Shown here: in pieces, positions 15,347-24,997 of the stretch
Layout of the letters: each line of letters starts with the position of its first letter
How positions within the stretch are numbered: the first letter of the stretch is position 1
Source of the DNA: Alphaproteobacteria bacterium
Lineage (GTDB): Bacteria; Pseudomonadota; Alphaproteobacteria; ATCC43930; CGMCC-115725
DNA: 64,000 bases
Direction of reading: 5' to 3'
Assembly: GCA_028871055.1 (NCBI GenBank)
Contig: JAGWON010000012.1
Span: 40,445-104,444, forward strand
Translations under genes and position numbers: made by a program
Notes under the pieces: generated by a model
Database searches by the model: none
The model's input: only the letters and a program-made list of their open reading frames with translations
Told to the model about the DNA's origin: nothing

Positions 15347-17557
15347 TCAGGGATTTCCGCCCGACGAATTCGTGCTCGTGCTCGACGAGCTGTCGTCCGA
15401 CGGCAGCGGCGCCGCCTCGATCGAGCGCGGCGGGCCGCTGGCGGCCGGATTGCCGGCACCGTTCGGCGTCGGCACGGCGCTGCCGGCCGGCACCGTGCCC
15501 GGCGCGGCCGATGACGGCGCGGTCGAGATCACGGCCTCGGGCGGCGCGCGCGAGATGACGACCTCGCGTCCCTGGCCGCTGTCGACGCCGAGACCGTTGG
15601 CCGCGGATGGCGGCGCGCTGGCCGGCGCCGCAGCGGGCTGCAGCGCCGCGGCGGGCGCGGCGGCGGGTTGCGGCGCCGGCAGCGCGGCGGTGGGTTGCGA
15701 TCCGAGCGCGCCGAGGGCATGCGGCTGCTCGCCGTTGACATAGGTGACGCCGTCGACCGTGACGGTGTTGGCCGGCGCGGCGGTCGGTGCCGAAGCCGGC
15801 GCCGGAGCCGGCGCGGTGGTTGGTGTCACAGCGGTCACCCCCCTCCCTAACCCTCCCCCTCGAGGGGGGAGGGATTGGGTGGGGGTGGATGTGTCGGCGG
15901 GCGGCGCGGCGACGCTGCCCGGATGCAGCACGGCGGCGACGGCGGGCGGCAGCTCGGTCTCGGCCGACTTCACCGGGGACTGCGGCTTGGGCGCGGCCGC
16001 GGCGCGGGCGGGGTTCGGCGCGCCGACGGCATGGGCCGGCGATGCCGTGGCGACCGTCTTCGCCGCCGGCAAGGGCGGCGGCAGCGGTGGCGTCTCCGCG
16101 ATCTTGGGCTGGAGCATGGCGCGCGGAATGTCGGCCGCGCGATCCGGTGTCGGAGCCGCGGCGGGAGCGGCGGGAGGCGTGGCGGTGACGGTGCGCGTCG
16201 GCGCCGGAGCCGGAGCTGGCGCCGGAGCCGGCGCAGCGGCGATGCCGCCGCCGGTTGCCGGCGGCGTGGCGGCGACGACGGGCGGCGGCGCGGTAGCCTC
16301 GACCGCGGGCGGCGGCGCCTCGCGATACCACAGCGCGATGGCGCCGACCGCAACCAGCAGCAGCGCGGCGGCGACCGGCACCACCGGCCAGCGGCGCCGC
16401 GGCGCGCGCCAATCGTCCAACGCAGCGTCGGGCCGCCACGACCGGGCGCCGTCCCGCGACGGCTCGCGGCGGCCGGAGGACCCGCGCGTCTGACGCAGCG
16501 GAATGATCGGCTCGTCGGCCTCCAGCGCGAATTGCGGCTCGTCGCGCCGCGACAGCCGCGGTTCGACGCCGCGCGACGCGACGGCGGACTCGTCCTCCTC
16601 GATGTCGATGCGCAGCGGGCGCGGCGGACGCGGCGCGGCGGACTTGCCCTTTTTCTCACGCCGTGCCGGTCGACGAGCGGATCGGGCAGTCGCAGGCGCG
16701 TGCGGCTCGGCCGCCCCCCTCCCGCCGACCGCATTCGCGCTCGGCCCCCCTCGATCGGCGAGGGATTGGGTGGGGGTGGATGCGCGCGGCGGTTCCGGCT
16801 CGACGCGCGGAGATTCCAGCGGCGGCTCCGGTTGGGGCGCGACTTGCCGCGGCACCAGGCGCATCGGCTCCGGCGGCGGCGGTTCGGAATGCGGCGCGGT
16901 CTCGGCGCGCGGCGTGGCAGACTCGGCGTGCGGCTCGACCGCCCCGTTCAGTAACCCTTCCACGCGAGAGCGGAGGGATTGGGTGGGGGTGGATGCATGC
17001 GGCGGCTCTGGACGCCGCGTCGTCGGCTCGGCGCGCGACGGCTCTCGCGTCGGGCCGCGCACCGGATTCGACAGCGGCGGCGTGGCCACCGGCGCGGCGC
17101 GCGCAACGCGGCGCACCGGCGACAGCATCAGGTCGGGCGCCGCCAGCAGCAGCTCGACGACCGCCTCGCACCAGTTGGGATTGCCGACGCCGCAGGGCGC
17201 GTGCGCGAAGGCGGCATCGAGCAGATCGGCGACGATGCCGACCTCGCCGTCGCCGACCGCCACCGGCAGGATGGGCAGCGCGCCGGTCTGCAACGCGGCG
17301 AAGCCGGTGCGGGCGAGGAAATCCGCGAGCGGCGCCACCGCGGCGTCGGCGGCGTCGAGATCGACCAGGGCGATGCCCTTTTGCGGATGGAGCGCGATGT
17401 AGCGGACCCAGGGCGGCCCGTCGGCGGGCGACGCGCGCCGGTTGGCGAGCGCGATCCAGGGCTCGGGCAAGACGGCGAGCGCCTCGCGCAGCCGCGTGGC
17501 GGTGCGCCGCTCGGCCAGCGACGCGACACGATGACGCCCGGAAAAACCACCCAACAT
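15347..17557 (-). CDS. Pro/Ala-rich membrane-anchored protein with a globular roughly 150-aa N-terminal domain (hypothetical)
   Basis: N-terminus MLGGFSGRHRVASLAERRTATRLREALAVLPEPWIALANRR...VRYIALHPQKGIALVDL, which is faintly NERD-like. One TM segment, WPVVPVAAALLLVAVGAIALWY. The remainder is low-complexity P/A/T-rich. The frame was chosen because only it has the globular N-terminus and the TM segment. Confidence 0.55.
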   Translation of the reverse strand: MLGGFSGRHRVASLAERRTATRLREALAVLPEPWIALANRRASPADGPPWVRYIALHPQKGIALVDLDAADAAVAPLADFLARTGFAALQTGALPILPVAVGDGEVGIVADLLDAAFAHAPCGVGNPNWCEAVVELLLAAPDLMLSPVRRVARAAPVATPPLSNPVRGPTREPSRAEPTTRRPEPPHASTPTQSLRSRVEGLLNGAVEPHAESATPRAETAPHSEPPPPEPMRLVPRQVAPQPEPPLESPRVEPEPPRASTPTQSLADRGGPSANAVGGRGAAEPHAPATARSARRPARREKKGKSAAPRPPRPLRIDIEEDESAVASRGVEPRLSRRDEPQFALEADEPIIPLRQTRGSSGRREPSRDGARSWRPDAALDDWRAPRRRWPVVPVAAALLLVAVGAIALWYREAPPPAVEATAPPPVVAATPPATGGGIAAAPAPAPAPAPAPTRTVTATPPAAPAAAPTPDRAADIPRAMLQPKIAETPPLPPPLPAAKTVATASPAHAVGAPNPARAAAAPKPQSPVKSAETELPPAVAAVLHPGSVAAPPADTSTPTQSLPPRGGGLGRGVTAVTPTTAPAPAPASAPTAAPANTVTVDGVTYVNGEQPHALGALGSQPTAALPAPQPAAAPAAALQPAAAPASAPPSAANGLGVDSGQGREVVISRAPPEAVISTAPSSAAPGTVPAGSAVPTPNGAGNPAASGPPRSIEAAPLPSDDSSSSTSTNSSGGNP
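15835..15892. repeat. Full REP-like palindrome inside the 15347..17557 ORF
   Basis: CACCCCCCTCCCTAACCCTCCCCCTCGAGGGGGGAGGGATTGGGTGGGGGTGGATG. Read in frame as TSTPTQSLPPRGGGLGRGV. Confidence 0.7.
16201..16234. repeat. Hexanucleotide microsatellite (GCCGGA-like x5)
   Basis: GCGCCGGAGCCGGAGCTGGCGCCGGAGCCGGCGC, encoding APAPAPAPAPAP on the minus strand. Confidence 0.6.
16760..16782. repeat. REP half-site GAGGGATTGGGTGGGGGTGGATG inside the ORF (copy B)
   Basis: Core is 23/23 identical to 15869-15891 and 16973-16995. Encodes ASTPTQSL. Confidence 0.7.
16973..16995. repeat. REP half-site GAGGGATTGGGTGGGGGTGGATG inside the ORF (copy C)
   Basis: Identical 23-nt core. Encodes ASTPTQSL. Confidence 0.7.
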
Positions 17558-17908
17558 GACCCGTTCCCCAATCTCACCCGGCCGCGATTCAGACGCAACT
17601 CGCCGCCGCGACCCATCCAGATTGCCCCGCGATTGCGGACAAGCAAGCGCAGAAGCGTGTCAAAACCGTGGCGGTTTGCGGCAGCCCCGATTCGTGGCTC
17701 CGGCCGGCCGCGCCGCGCGGGCGACGTTATGCCCCATTGGTCAACAAGACGCACGGGCAGGATGTCGCAAGGGCGCGCGGCGGGCGGACGCGGATGGCGC
17801 AACGCTTGATCTGGCTCAAGGCCGGTCCGCCGATTCGGCGGTAGAGACTCCTGGCGCCGGGCGCGCCGCCGGTGTGCCCGATGCGGCGCGGCGGCAGAGG
17901 AGACGAGC

Positions 17909-18934
17909 GTGACGCAAGCGCGCGATGTGATGACCGCGGACGTCGCCGTCGTGTCGCCCGACACGCCGACGCCGGCGATCGCGCGCCTGCTGCTCGACCG
18001 CGGCGTCAGCGCGGTTCCGGTGATCGACAACACCGGCGCGCCGGTCGGCATCGTCAGCGAGGGCGACCTGATCGGCCGCGGCGAAAGCGAGCGCGAGGCG
18101 CGGCGCGACTGGTGGCTGGCGCTGATGGCCGAGGGCGAGCCGCTCAGTCCCGATTTCATCGCCAGCCTGCGCCAGCGCGAGCAGACCGCGCGCGATATCA
18201 TGGCGGCGCCGGTGGTGACGGTCGACGAGACCGCGGACGTCGCCGAGATCGCCCGGCTGCTGACCACCTACCGCATCAAGCGGGTGCCGGTGGTGCACGA
18301 CGGACGGATCGTCGGCATCGTCAGCCGCGCCGATCTGCTGCGCGCGCTGGCCGGCGAGGCGCAGCACGCAGCGGAGGCCGAGCGCCATCCCGCCGCCCAC
18401 GGCCTGCTGGCCGAGGCGGTCGAGCGCCTCGACGAGCGCTTCCTCGGCCACGGCCACGCCAAGGCGGCAGCCGTGAATGGCCGTGCTGCGCCGGCAGCGG
18501 GCGGACGCCGTCCATCGGCGGCCGACTTTCGCGCCCTGGTCGTCGATTTCGAGCACCAGCAGGCGATACACGGCGACGAAACCCGCCGCGCGCTCGCCGA
18601 GCGGCGCCGCCGGGCGATCGGCGAGATCATCAACCACCACGTCGCCGACGAGTATTGGCGGACGCTGCTGCACCGCGCCCGCACCGCCGCCGAGCACGGC
18701 GGACGCGAGGCGATGCTGATGCGCTTTCCGAGCGACGCGTGCAGCGACGGCGGACGCGCGATCAACGCGCTCGAGCCGGACTGGCCGGCGACGCTGCGCG
18801 GCGAGGCGGCGGAGCTCTATCTGCGCTGGGAGCACGAGCTGAGGCCGCGCGGCTTCGGCCTGAGCGCGCGCGTGCTCGATTATCCCGGCGGCATGCCGGG
18901 CGACGTCGGCCTGTTCCTGAGCTGGAGCGCGTAG
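17909..18934 (+). CDS. CBS-pair domain protein with about 170-aa C-terminal extension
   Basis: GTG start. Two CBS repeats (DVMTADVAVVSPDTP...VSAVPVIDNTGAPVGIVSEGDLI and DIMAAPVVTVDETADV...RVPVVHDGRIVGIVSRADLL). Confidence 0.8.
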   Translation: MTQARDVMTADVAVVSPDTPTPAIARLLLDRGVSAVPVIDNTGAPVGIVSEGDLIGRGESEREARRDWWLALMAEGEPLSPDFIASLRQREQTARDIMAAPVVTVDETADVAEIARLLTTYRIKRVPVVHDGRIVGIVSRADLLRALAGEAQHAAEAERHPAAHGLLAEAVERLDERFLGHGHAKAAAVNGRAAPAAGGRRPSAADFRALVVDFEHQQAIHGDETRRALAERRRRAIGEIINHHVADEYWRTLLHRARTAAEHGGREAMLMRFPSDACSDGGRAINALEPDWPATLRGEAAELYLRWEHELRPRGFGLSARVLDYPGGMPGDVGLFLSWSA

Positions 18935-19055
18935 GCGCGGAAGCGGCGGCGTCGAGGCGGGCGCGAGCGCATAAAGGATCGAGAGCGAATTCGCCGGCAC
19001 GGAATAAAGGCAGCGTAAAAGCGCCGGTGCGATCAAGGGGCGTTAGCCGGCGCCG

Positions 19056-20504
19056 TCAGCTCAGCCGACCAGCGACACTACGGAAACGTTCGAGTGCGGC
19101 TTCCAGGTTCTCGACGATCTCGGCCGCGATCTCGTCCGGGGGCGGCAAGTTTTCGCCGTCGTCCAGACTCGAATCCTTGAGCCAGAAAATATCCAGGTTG
19201 AGTTTGTCGCGCTTGACGAGATCGGCATAAGCGAAGCGCCGAAAGCGTTCGGTTTCCTTGCGCTTATGGCGGGCGGCCAATCGCGCCGCCTTCACGAACT
19301 CGTCGAGGTGCTCGCGCCTCAACGGACGCTCTTTCAACGTGAAGTTCTGATTGGTGCGGAAATCGTAAATCCAAAGGCCCTTTGTCCACGGCGTCTCGGC
19401 CGCGGGGCGTTTGTCGAAGAACACGACATTGGCCTTCACACCCTGTTTGTAGAAGATGCCGGTCGGCAACCGCAGTAGCGTGTGGCAATCGAAAGCATCG
19501 AGCAGCCGTCGCCGGACGCGTTCGCCCGCACCGCCTTCGAACAAGACGTTATCCGGCACGACGACCGCCGCGGTGCCGTCCTCTTCGAGGATCGTCATGA
19601 CGTGCTGCACGAAATTGAGCTGCTTGTTCGAGGTCGTGACCTGAAAATCAGGCCGCTGATAATCCTCGCGCTCGGTCTCGATGTCGCCGTCGTCGGTAAA
19701 GACCTTGAAGCTCTGCTTGCGACCAAAGGGCGGATTGGTAAGGACGTAGTGCCATTTTTTGCCGGGGTCGGCCAAAAGTGCGTCGGCGCGCGCGATCGGG
19801 CTTTCGCCATCGCCGATGCCGTGGAGATAGAGATTCATCGCCGCCAGCCGGACGACGCCCGGCACGATATCAAAGCCGGTGAAGGTGTGGCGTCGTAGCT
19901 TCGTCGCGACGCCTTTGTCCTTCGCGCGCGGATTCTCTTTCATGTGCTCGTAAGCTTGCAGCAGGAATCCGCCGGTGCCGCAGGCGGGGTCGCAAACCGT
20001 CTTGCCCGGCTGCGGATCGACCACTTCGACAATGGCGTCGATCAACGGCCGCGGCGTGAAATACTGGCCGGCGCCGGATTTGATCTCGGCGGCGTTGCGT
20101 TCGAGCAGGCCTTCGTAGATCGCGCCTTTCACGTCGACTTCGAGGCCGAGCCAGGTTTCCTCATCGATGAGCTGCACGAGCCGCTGGAGCCGCGCCGGAT
20201 CCTCGATTGCGTTCTTGGCCTTGAGAAAAATCGTCCCCAACAGGCCCTCCGACCGGCCGAGCACCGCCAGGGTCTTGTTATAGGTGGCACCCAGCTTTTC
20301 GCCCGACAGGCCCTTGAGCCTCTCCCAGCGATAGTCCTTGGGGACAATCGAAGGCTCGCCAAGAAACTCCGCCCGTTCGTCGTCCATCTTCAGGAACAGG
20401 AGGCAGGTGATCTGCTCGACATAATCGCCATAGGACACGCCGGCGTCGCGCAGGACATGCGCATAATTCCAGACCTTCGCGACCAGACCGTGATGGTCGT
20501 TCAT
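19056..20504 (-). CDS. hsdM: Type I restriction-modification methyltransferase subunit
   Basis: MNDHHGLVAKVWNYAHVLRDAGVSYGDYVEQITCLLFLKM N-terminus, DPACGTGGFL, and the YVLTNPPFG catalytic motif. Confidence 0.93.
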   Translation of the reverse strand: MNDHHGLVAKVWNYAHVLRDAGVSYGDYVEQITCLLFLKMDDERAEFLGEPSIVPKDYRWERLKGLSGEKLGATYNKTLAVLGRSEGLLGTIFLKAKNAIEDPARLQRLVQLIDEETWLGLEVDVKGAIYEGLLERNAAEIKSGAGQYFTPRPLIDAIVEVVDPQPGKTVCDPACGTGGFLLQAYEHMKENPRAKDKGVATKLRRHTFTGFDIVPGVVRLAAMNLYLHGIGDGESPIARADALLADPGKKWHYVLTNPPFGRKQSFKVFTDDGDIETEREDYQRPDFQVTTSNKQLNFVQHVMTILEEDGTAAVVVPDNVLFEGGAGERVRRRLLDAFDCHTLLRLPTGIFYKQGVKANVVFFDKRPAAETPWTKGLWIYDFRTNQNFTLKERPLRREHLDEFVKAARLAARHKRKETERFRRFAYADLVKRDKLNLDIFWLKDSSLDDGENLPPPDEIAAEIVENLEAALERFRSVAGRLS

Positions 20505-22105
20505 TTGGCAATTCCTTCCAGGGGTTTCGATCGCGGCTGCTTGGGGCGAGCATTTCGGCGAGGCGGCGACTTTTTTGCCGCGCGGCGTTTGGGCTCTGCA
20601 CTCACCGCTTTTGCGGCCCGCAATCTTTCGAGCAATACGCTCGCCGGTTCATCCGAAGGGTCTTGCGGTACGAGCTGGCCGGAGAAGGCTGTGGTCAGAA
20701 TAGACTGGCGGAATCTCTCAATCATGCCCCATGTCGATTCGTTGCGAAAAATCTCTTGAGCCGCTTCAAAACCGTTCTCGACCGCCCGAATGATTTCGTC
20801 TTGTTCGCGTTCTGGCGGAATGGGGACGCATAGCGATTTCAATTTTCCACCACTAACGTTTGCTTGACCTACCTGCTGACTTTTCACGGACCGAACCCAT
20901 GCACGCCCAAACACCGAATTGAGAAAGTACGAAAAGTATTTCGGCCTGACGCCACACAGCTTTAGCCGAATCAAATAAGATGCAAATGAGCACGGTGAAA
21001 TCGCGCCGTCGTAAACAGCCGTTTTACCGACAAGCTCAGCGCTATTCGTGCGGTTGAAAACTACATCGCCCCCTTCGAGCAAGAGGTCGGGGAATTCGGG
21101 ATGATTTCGCGGCAGGTATTTCAGGTTCGAATAGTCGAGCTCGCCATCTTGAAGATTCGCCATACGAAGAACGGGCACGCCCGGGTGATCGGCGCCGCAT
21201 TTCTCCGAGGAGCCATACTGAATTAAGTACGCGATCTGATCTACCGATGCCCAAACCCAACCTTGGGGCAGTTCCGGAAGACCGCTTGTGTCTGGCTGTT
21301 GCGGTTGGACATAGCGCCGCTTCCACGCGTCATCTTTCGGTTTCTGGCCCTTGGCTTCGAGCTTTGCGATCTCGCGTTTCTCCCACGCGGCGTGGCGGGC
21401 ATCAAGGATGCGCGTGAGGAAATCGGCGCCAGTCTCCTTTTGCGGATTTTTCGCGCGCCAATCGCGGGTCAATTCGCCCGTCACCGCAGCTTTGAGGAGC
21501 GAACGGCGATAGGCTTCCAGCCCTTCCCGTGCTTTCTCCAACTCCTGCTCGCCTGCCTCGATCTCGCCGAAGAGCTCGTCGATTTTTGCGACGATGCGCT
21601 TCTGGTTGCGCGTCGGAGCAATCGGCATCGGAGCTAGCTTTACAAAACTCGTCGGGACGCGCTGTTGGCCAACTGCGCCCGTCATGCTCCTGCGGGCGTC
21701 ACTTCGGAATCTGTCCTGTATCAGATAATAAAAGACATACCTCGAATCGACGCCTTGGCGTGGCCGCAACACATGGAATTCGGTGCTACCGAAGGCGATT
21801 GCAAATGGAACGGCCGGCACAATCGCAATTTTACCGTTCTCCATACATGGCGTGATCTTCGCGAAGATCACGTCACCGGTTAGGAACCGTGTAAATCCCT
21901 TCGCAACGGCCGACAGCGGGCGTCGCGCCTCAACATTGATCTGTCCGGATAGTTCGCCGACGGCCGCCATTGGCACGAAAGCGACCCGACTGGTTGATGG
22001 GACGTTATCGATGTTGGTTTGTGGATTGACATCACAAATTTCCTCAATGTGCGTCCAAGCCCATCCCGATGGCAACCCAGCACCTATTTGGGCGCGCCCG
22101 GCCAT
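20501..22105 (-). CDS. hsdS: Type I RM specificity subunit
   Basis: Start at ATG 22105 (MAGRAQIGAGLPSGWAWTHIEEICDVNP), 2 nt after the hsdR stop. Two target-recognition halves (LPSGWAWTHI.. and LPQGWVWASV..) are separated by a coiled-coil spacer. Lowest GC of the operon. ATGA overlap with hsdM. Confidence 0.9.
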   Translation of the reverse strand: MAGRAQIGAGLPSGWAWTHIEEICDVNPQTNIDNVPSTSRVAFVPMAAVGELSGQINVEARRPLSAVAKGFTRFLTGDVIFAKITPCMENGKIAIVPAVPFAIAFGSTEFHVLRPRQGVDSRYVFYYLIQDRFRSDARRSMTGAVGQQRVPTSFVKLAPMPIAPTRNQKRIVAKIDELFGEIEAGEQELEKAREGLEAYRRSLLKAAVTGELTRDWRAKNPQKETGADFLTRILDARHAAWEKREIAKLEAKGQKPKDDAWKRRYVQPQQPDTSGLPELPQGWVWASVDQIAYLIQYGSSEKCGADHPGVPVLRMANLQDGELDYSNLKYLPRNHPEFPDLLLEGGDVVFNRTNSAELVGKTAVYDGAISPCSFASYLIRLKLCGVRPKYFSYFLNSVFGRAWVRSVKSQQVGQANVSGGKLKSLCVPIPPEREQDEIIRAVENGFEAAQEIFRNESTWGMIERFRQSILTTAFSGQLVPQDPSDEPASVLLERLRAAKAVSAEPKRRAAKKSPPRRNARPKQPRSKPLEGIAK

Positions 22106-22107
22106 GC

Positions 22108-24852
22108 CTACGCCACCAGCGTCGCGGACAGGTCTTCGACGAGTCCGGCGAGTCGATCGGCGCCGAAGGCGCGCGCAGCGGCGACACGTCCACCGCGATC
22201 GGCGAGCGCCGGCGCATCCTGTAAATCGCCGAGTGTGATTTCGACGTTCGCCGCGACATGCTCCTTGATGAGCCGCAGCCAGGCGAGTTGCGCGTCGCCA
22301 TATTCGCGGCCGGCGCGTTTCTCGCGGCCGAGCCAGAGATTGAAACGCTGCTCGACCGATGCGGCGAAGGGCTCCAGCGTATCGATCTGGCCGAGCGCGA
22401 AGCGCACCAGCGCGACGACGTCGGTCAACAGGCGCTCCGGTGAAGGCTCGCGCACCTTCGCCCGGTCGAGCCGTTTGTACGACGCCCAGATTTGCGGCGG
22501 CGACAGCAGCCATGGCGGCCGGGCCATGGCATCGGCCAAATCCTTGACCATCCGGTATGTCAGATGCTTGGCGGCGTAGGGGCGGCCATAGAGCACCTGA
22601 AGCGCCGCGATTTCATCCTTGTTGGCTTTGAGAAATTGCTTGAAGCGATCGGTCGTTTCGATCGCGCGGCGGATGTCGTAATCGGCCGACAACACCTCGT
22701 CGGTCGAGATTTCGTCAATGACGATCTCGGATTGCTGTTTCAGCTCCTTGAGGAGCTTGCGCAACTTCGGATCGTCGAAGGTGCGCGCCGCGTGCTCTTT
22801 CAGTTCGACGACGACCTTGGCGACAGCCGCCGGCTCGCGGATGCGCTGTCTAGTGGTTTCGGCATCGACGACGTCCGGATCGATCGCATCGATCAGGGAC
22901 CGGGCGATTTCGTGGAGGTCCTTGCCGGCAACCGCGCGGATGCGCGCTTGATCCTCGGCCGGCAATTTTCCGGCCAACGCCGCGAGCCGCCCCGCCAGCG
23001 ACGACAGGGCGTCGTCGGACCGCTCGCCGGCTGCGACCCGGTCAATGAGTTTGTCGAAGGCGATCGCGCGCTCGCGTTCCAGCGGCTGTGACGCGGTTTT
23101 GGCCGTCTCGGTAACGCCGACGGCATCGATGAGGATGAATTTCTCCTTGGCGTGCGCGTCGGGCGTCACCTGGCGCAGATCGGTCGCCGAGATCGTCCGC
23201 ACGCCGCGGCCTTTCATCTGCTCGTAATAGAGCTCGGACTTCACGTCGCGTAGGAACATGACGACCTCGACCGGCTTGATGTCCGTACCGGTCGCAACCA
23301 TGTCGACGGTCACGGCGATGCGCGGGTTATAGCTGGTCTGGAATTCCTTGATCAGCTCAGCCGGCGCCACGCCACTGACCCGGTAGGTGATCTTCTTGGC
23401 GAAGGTATTGCCCTTGCCGAAGATCTCGCGCGCGATGGTCACGATTTCCTCGGCATGATGGTCGTCCTTGGCGAAGATCAGGGTTTTCGGAACCTCGGTC
23501 CGGCCGGGGAACAAATCGGTAAAGAGCGTGTCGCGATAGGCGGTCAGCACCGTGCGAATTTGGTTGGGCGCGAGCACGGAGCGGTCCAACTCATCCTTGC
23601 TGTAAGCGAGGTCGTCTTCGAGCTCCTGATAGCGGACCTTGCGCGTCTTGCGGTCGCGTTTCGGAACCGAATAGCCGGCGCCGATCAGGCCGCCCTTTTC
23701 GCCGATGCGCGTGCGGATGCGGAAGATTTCGTAGCCGACATTGACGCCGTCGATGACCGATCGCTCGTACGGATATTCCGAAACCAGATTCTGTTGGAAA
23801 TAGCCCAGCGTATGCTTCGACGGCGTCGCCGTCAGGCCAATCACGAACGCGTCGAAATAATCGAGCACCTGCCGCCAGACGCCGTAGATCGAACGGTGGC
23901 ATTCATCGACGATGATGACGTCGAAGGTCTCGACCGGAATGTCGCGGTTATAGACCACCGGCCGGTCGGCGCCGCCCGGTGCCAGCTCGTAACCTGACAT
24001 CTCGTCGACCTCTTCATCGATGTCTTCGCCGCGCAGCGCCGCATAAAGACGCTGGATGGTCGAAATGACGACACTGGACGAGGATTCGATGTGCCGACCG
24101 GACAGAAGCTGGACGTTGTAAATCTCGGTAAACAGCTTGCCGGTGCCGGGCGGATGGAAGCGCTGGAACTCGTTCTTGGTTTGCGTGCCGAGATTCTTGC
24201 GGTCGACAAGGAACAGGATGCGCTTCGCTTCGGAATAAGCGAGCAGACGCATGACCAGATTGCAGGCGGTGAAGGTCTTGCCGGCGCCCGTCGCCATCTG
24301 AATGAGCGCGCGCGGATTGGCACGCTTGAGCGACGATTCGAGGCCGTCGATCGCTTCGATCTGGCAGCCGCGCAGACCGATGGGATCGGTCGGCGGAAGA
24401 TCGAGCAGCCGACGCCGGAGGCTTGTGCCTTTTTGCAGGCTTTCGAACAGCGTCTTCGGCTGGTGGAAGCTGAAAACGTGCCGCGAGCGCGGCTCGGGAT
24501 CCCGCATGTCGCGAAACAGCGTTTCCGTGCCGGTGCTTTCGTAATCGAACAACAGGGTTGGCGCCCACGCCTGGATGTGGCCGGGCAGCGCGGCCATGTA
24601 ATCGTCGGCCTGTTCGGCAACACCGGTCAGGGTGACGCCTTCCGGCTTGGCCTCGATCACGCCGCAAGCGCGGCGATCGACGAACAACAGATAGTCGCAC
24701 GGTCCCGAGGGAAGGGCATACTCGCGCACGGCGACGCCGAGGCCGGCGCCGAGATTCATCTCGTCGCGGTCCTGGACTTTCCAGCCGGCGGCATCGAGCA
24801 TCTCGTCGATCTTCTGACGAGCGCGCGCTTCCGGCGTCATCTGACCCGACAC
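22108..24852 (-). CDS. hsdR: Type I RM endonuclease/helicase subunit
   Basis: N-terminus EARARQKIDEMLDAAGWKV..YALPSGPCDYLLF (HsdR_N nuclease). Helicase motifs MATGAGKT and VDECHRS. EcoEI-R-like C-terminal domain. 914 aa. Confidence 0.92.
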   Translation of the reverse strand: MSGQMTPEARARQKIDEMLDAAGWKVQDRDEMNLGAGLGVAVREYALPSGPCDYLLFVDRRACGVIEAKPEGVTLTGVAEQADDYMAALPGHIQAWAPTLLFDYESTGTETLFRDMRDPEPRSRHVFSFHQPKTLFESLQKGTSLRRRLLDLPPTDPIGLRGCQIEAIDGLESSLKRANPRALIQMATGAGKTFTACNLVMRLLAYSEAKRILFLVDRKNLGTQTKNEFQRFHPPGTGKLFTEIYNVQLLSGRHIESSSSVVISTIQRLYAALRGEDIDEEVDEMSGYELAPGGADRPVVYNRDIPVETFDVIIVDECHRSIYGVWRQVLDYFDAFVIGLTATPSKHTLGYFQQNLVSEYPYERSVIDGVNVGYEIFRIRTRIGEKGGLIGAGYSVPKRDRKTRKVRYQELEDDLAYSKDELDRSVLAPNQIRTVLTAYRDTLFTDLFPGRTEVPKTLIFAKDDHHAEEIVTIAREIFGKGNTFAKKITYRVSGVAPAELIKEFQTSYNPRIAVTVDMVATGTDIKPVEVVMFLRDVKSELYYEQMKGRGVRTISATDLRQVTPDAHAKEKFILIDAVGVTETAKTASQPLERERAIAFDKLIDRVAAGERSDDALSSLAGRLAALAGKLPAEDQARIRAVAGKDLHEIARSLIDAIDPDVVDAETTRQRIREPAAVAKVVVELKEHAARTFDDPKLRKLLKELKQQSEIVIDEISTDEVLSADYDIRRAIETTDRFKQFLKANKDEIAALQVLYGRPYAAKHLTYRMVKDLADAMARPPWLLSPPQIWASYKRLDRAKVREPSPERLLTDVVALVRFALGQIDTLEPFAASVEQRFNLWLGREKRAGREYGDAQLAWLRLIKEHVAANVEITLGDLQDAPALADRGGRVAAARAFGADRLAGLVEDLSATLVA

Positions 24853-24997
24853 ATTGCGATGGCCCCCCGACAGGCCAATAAGACAAAGGCCAATCTAGCC
24901 GAGGCCGGTCGCATTATCCAAGGTGGCGCCGCGGCCGCGACTTATCCGGTTTGGTGCAGCGGAAATTCGGTCACCCGCGGGCCTTCGATCGAGCGCA

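Noticed and set aside
15051-16954. Alternative long ORFs in the Pro/Ala-rich region (15051..16439-, 15744..16493+, 15875..16954+, 15970..16734-)
   Set aside because: All frames are open because of composition. Only the 15347..17557 frame has a globular N-terminus and a TM helix.
17128-19230. ORFs 17128..18267(-), 17816..19036(-), 17872..19230(+)
   Set aside because: They overlap the clearly recognisable CBS-domain gene in other frames or strands. Compositionally biased, with no motifs.
20501-22513. 670-aa version of hsdS
   Set aside because: The upstream 136 codons overlap the hsdR C-terminus out of frame. ATG 22105, 2 nt after the hsdR stop, gives the typical HsdS N-terminus.
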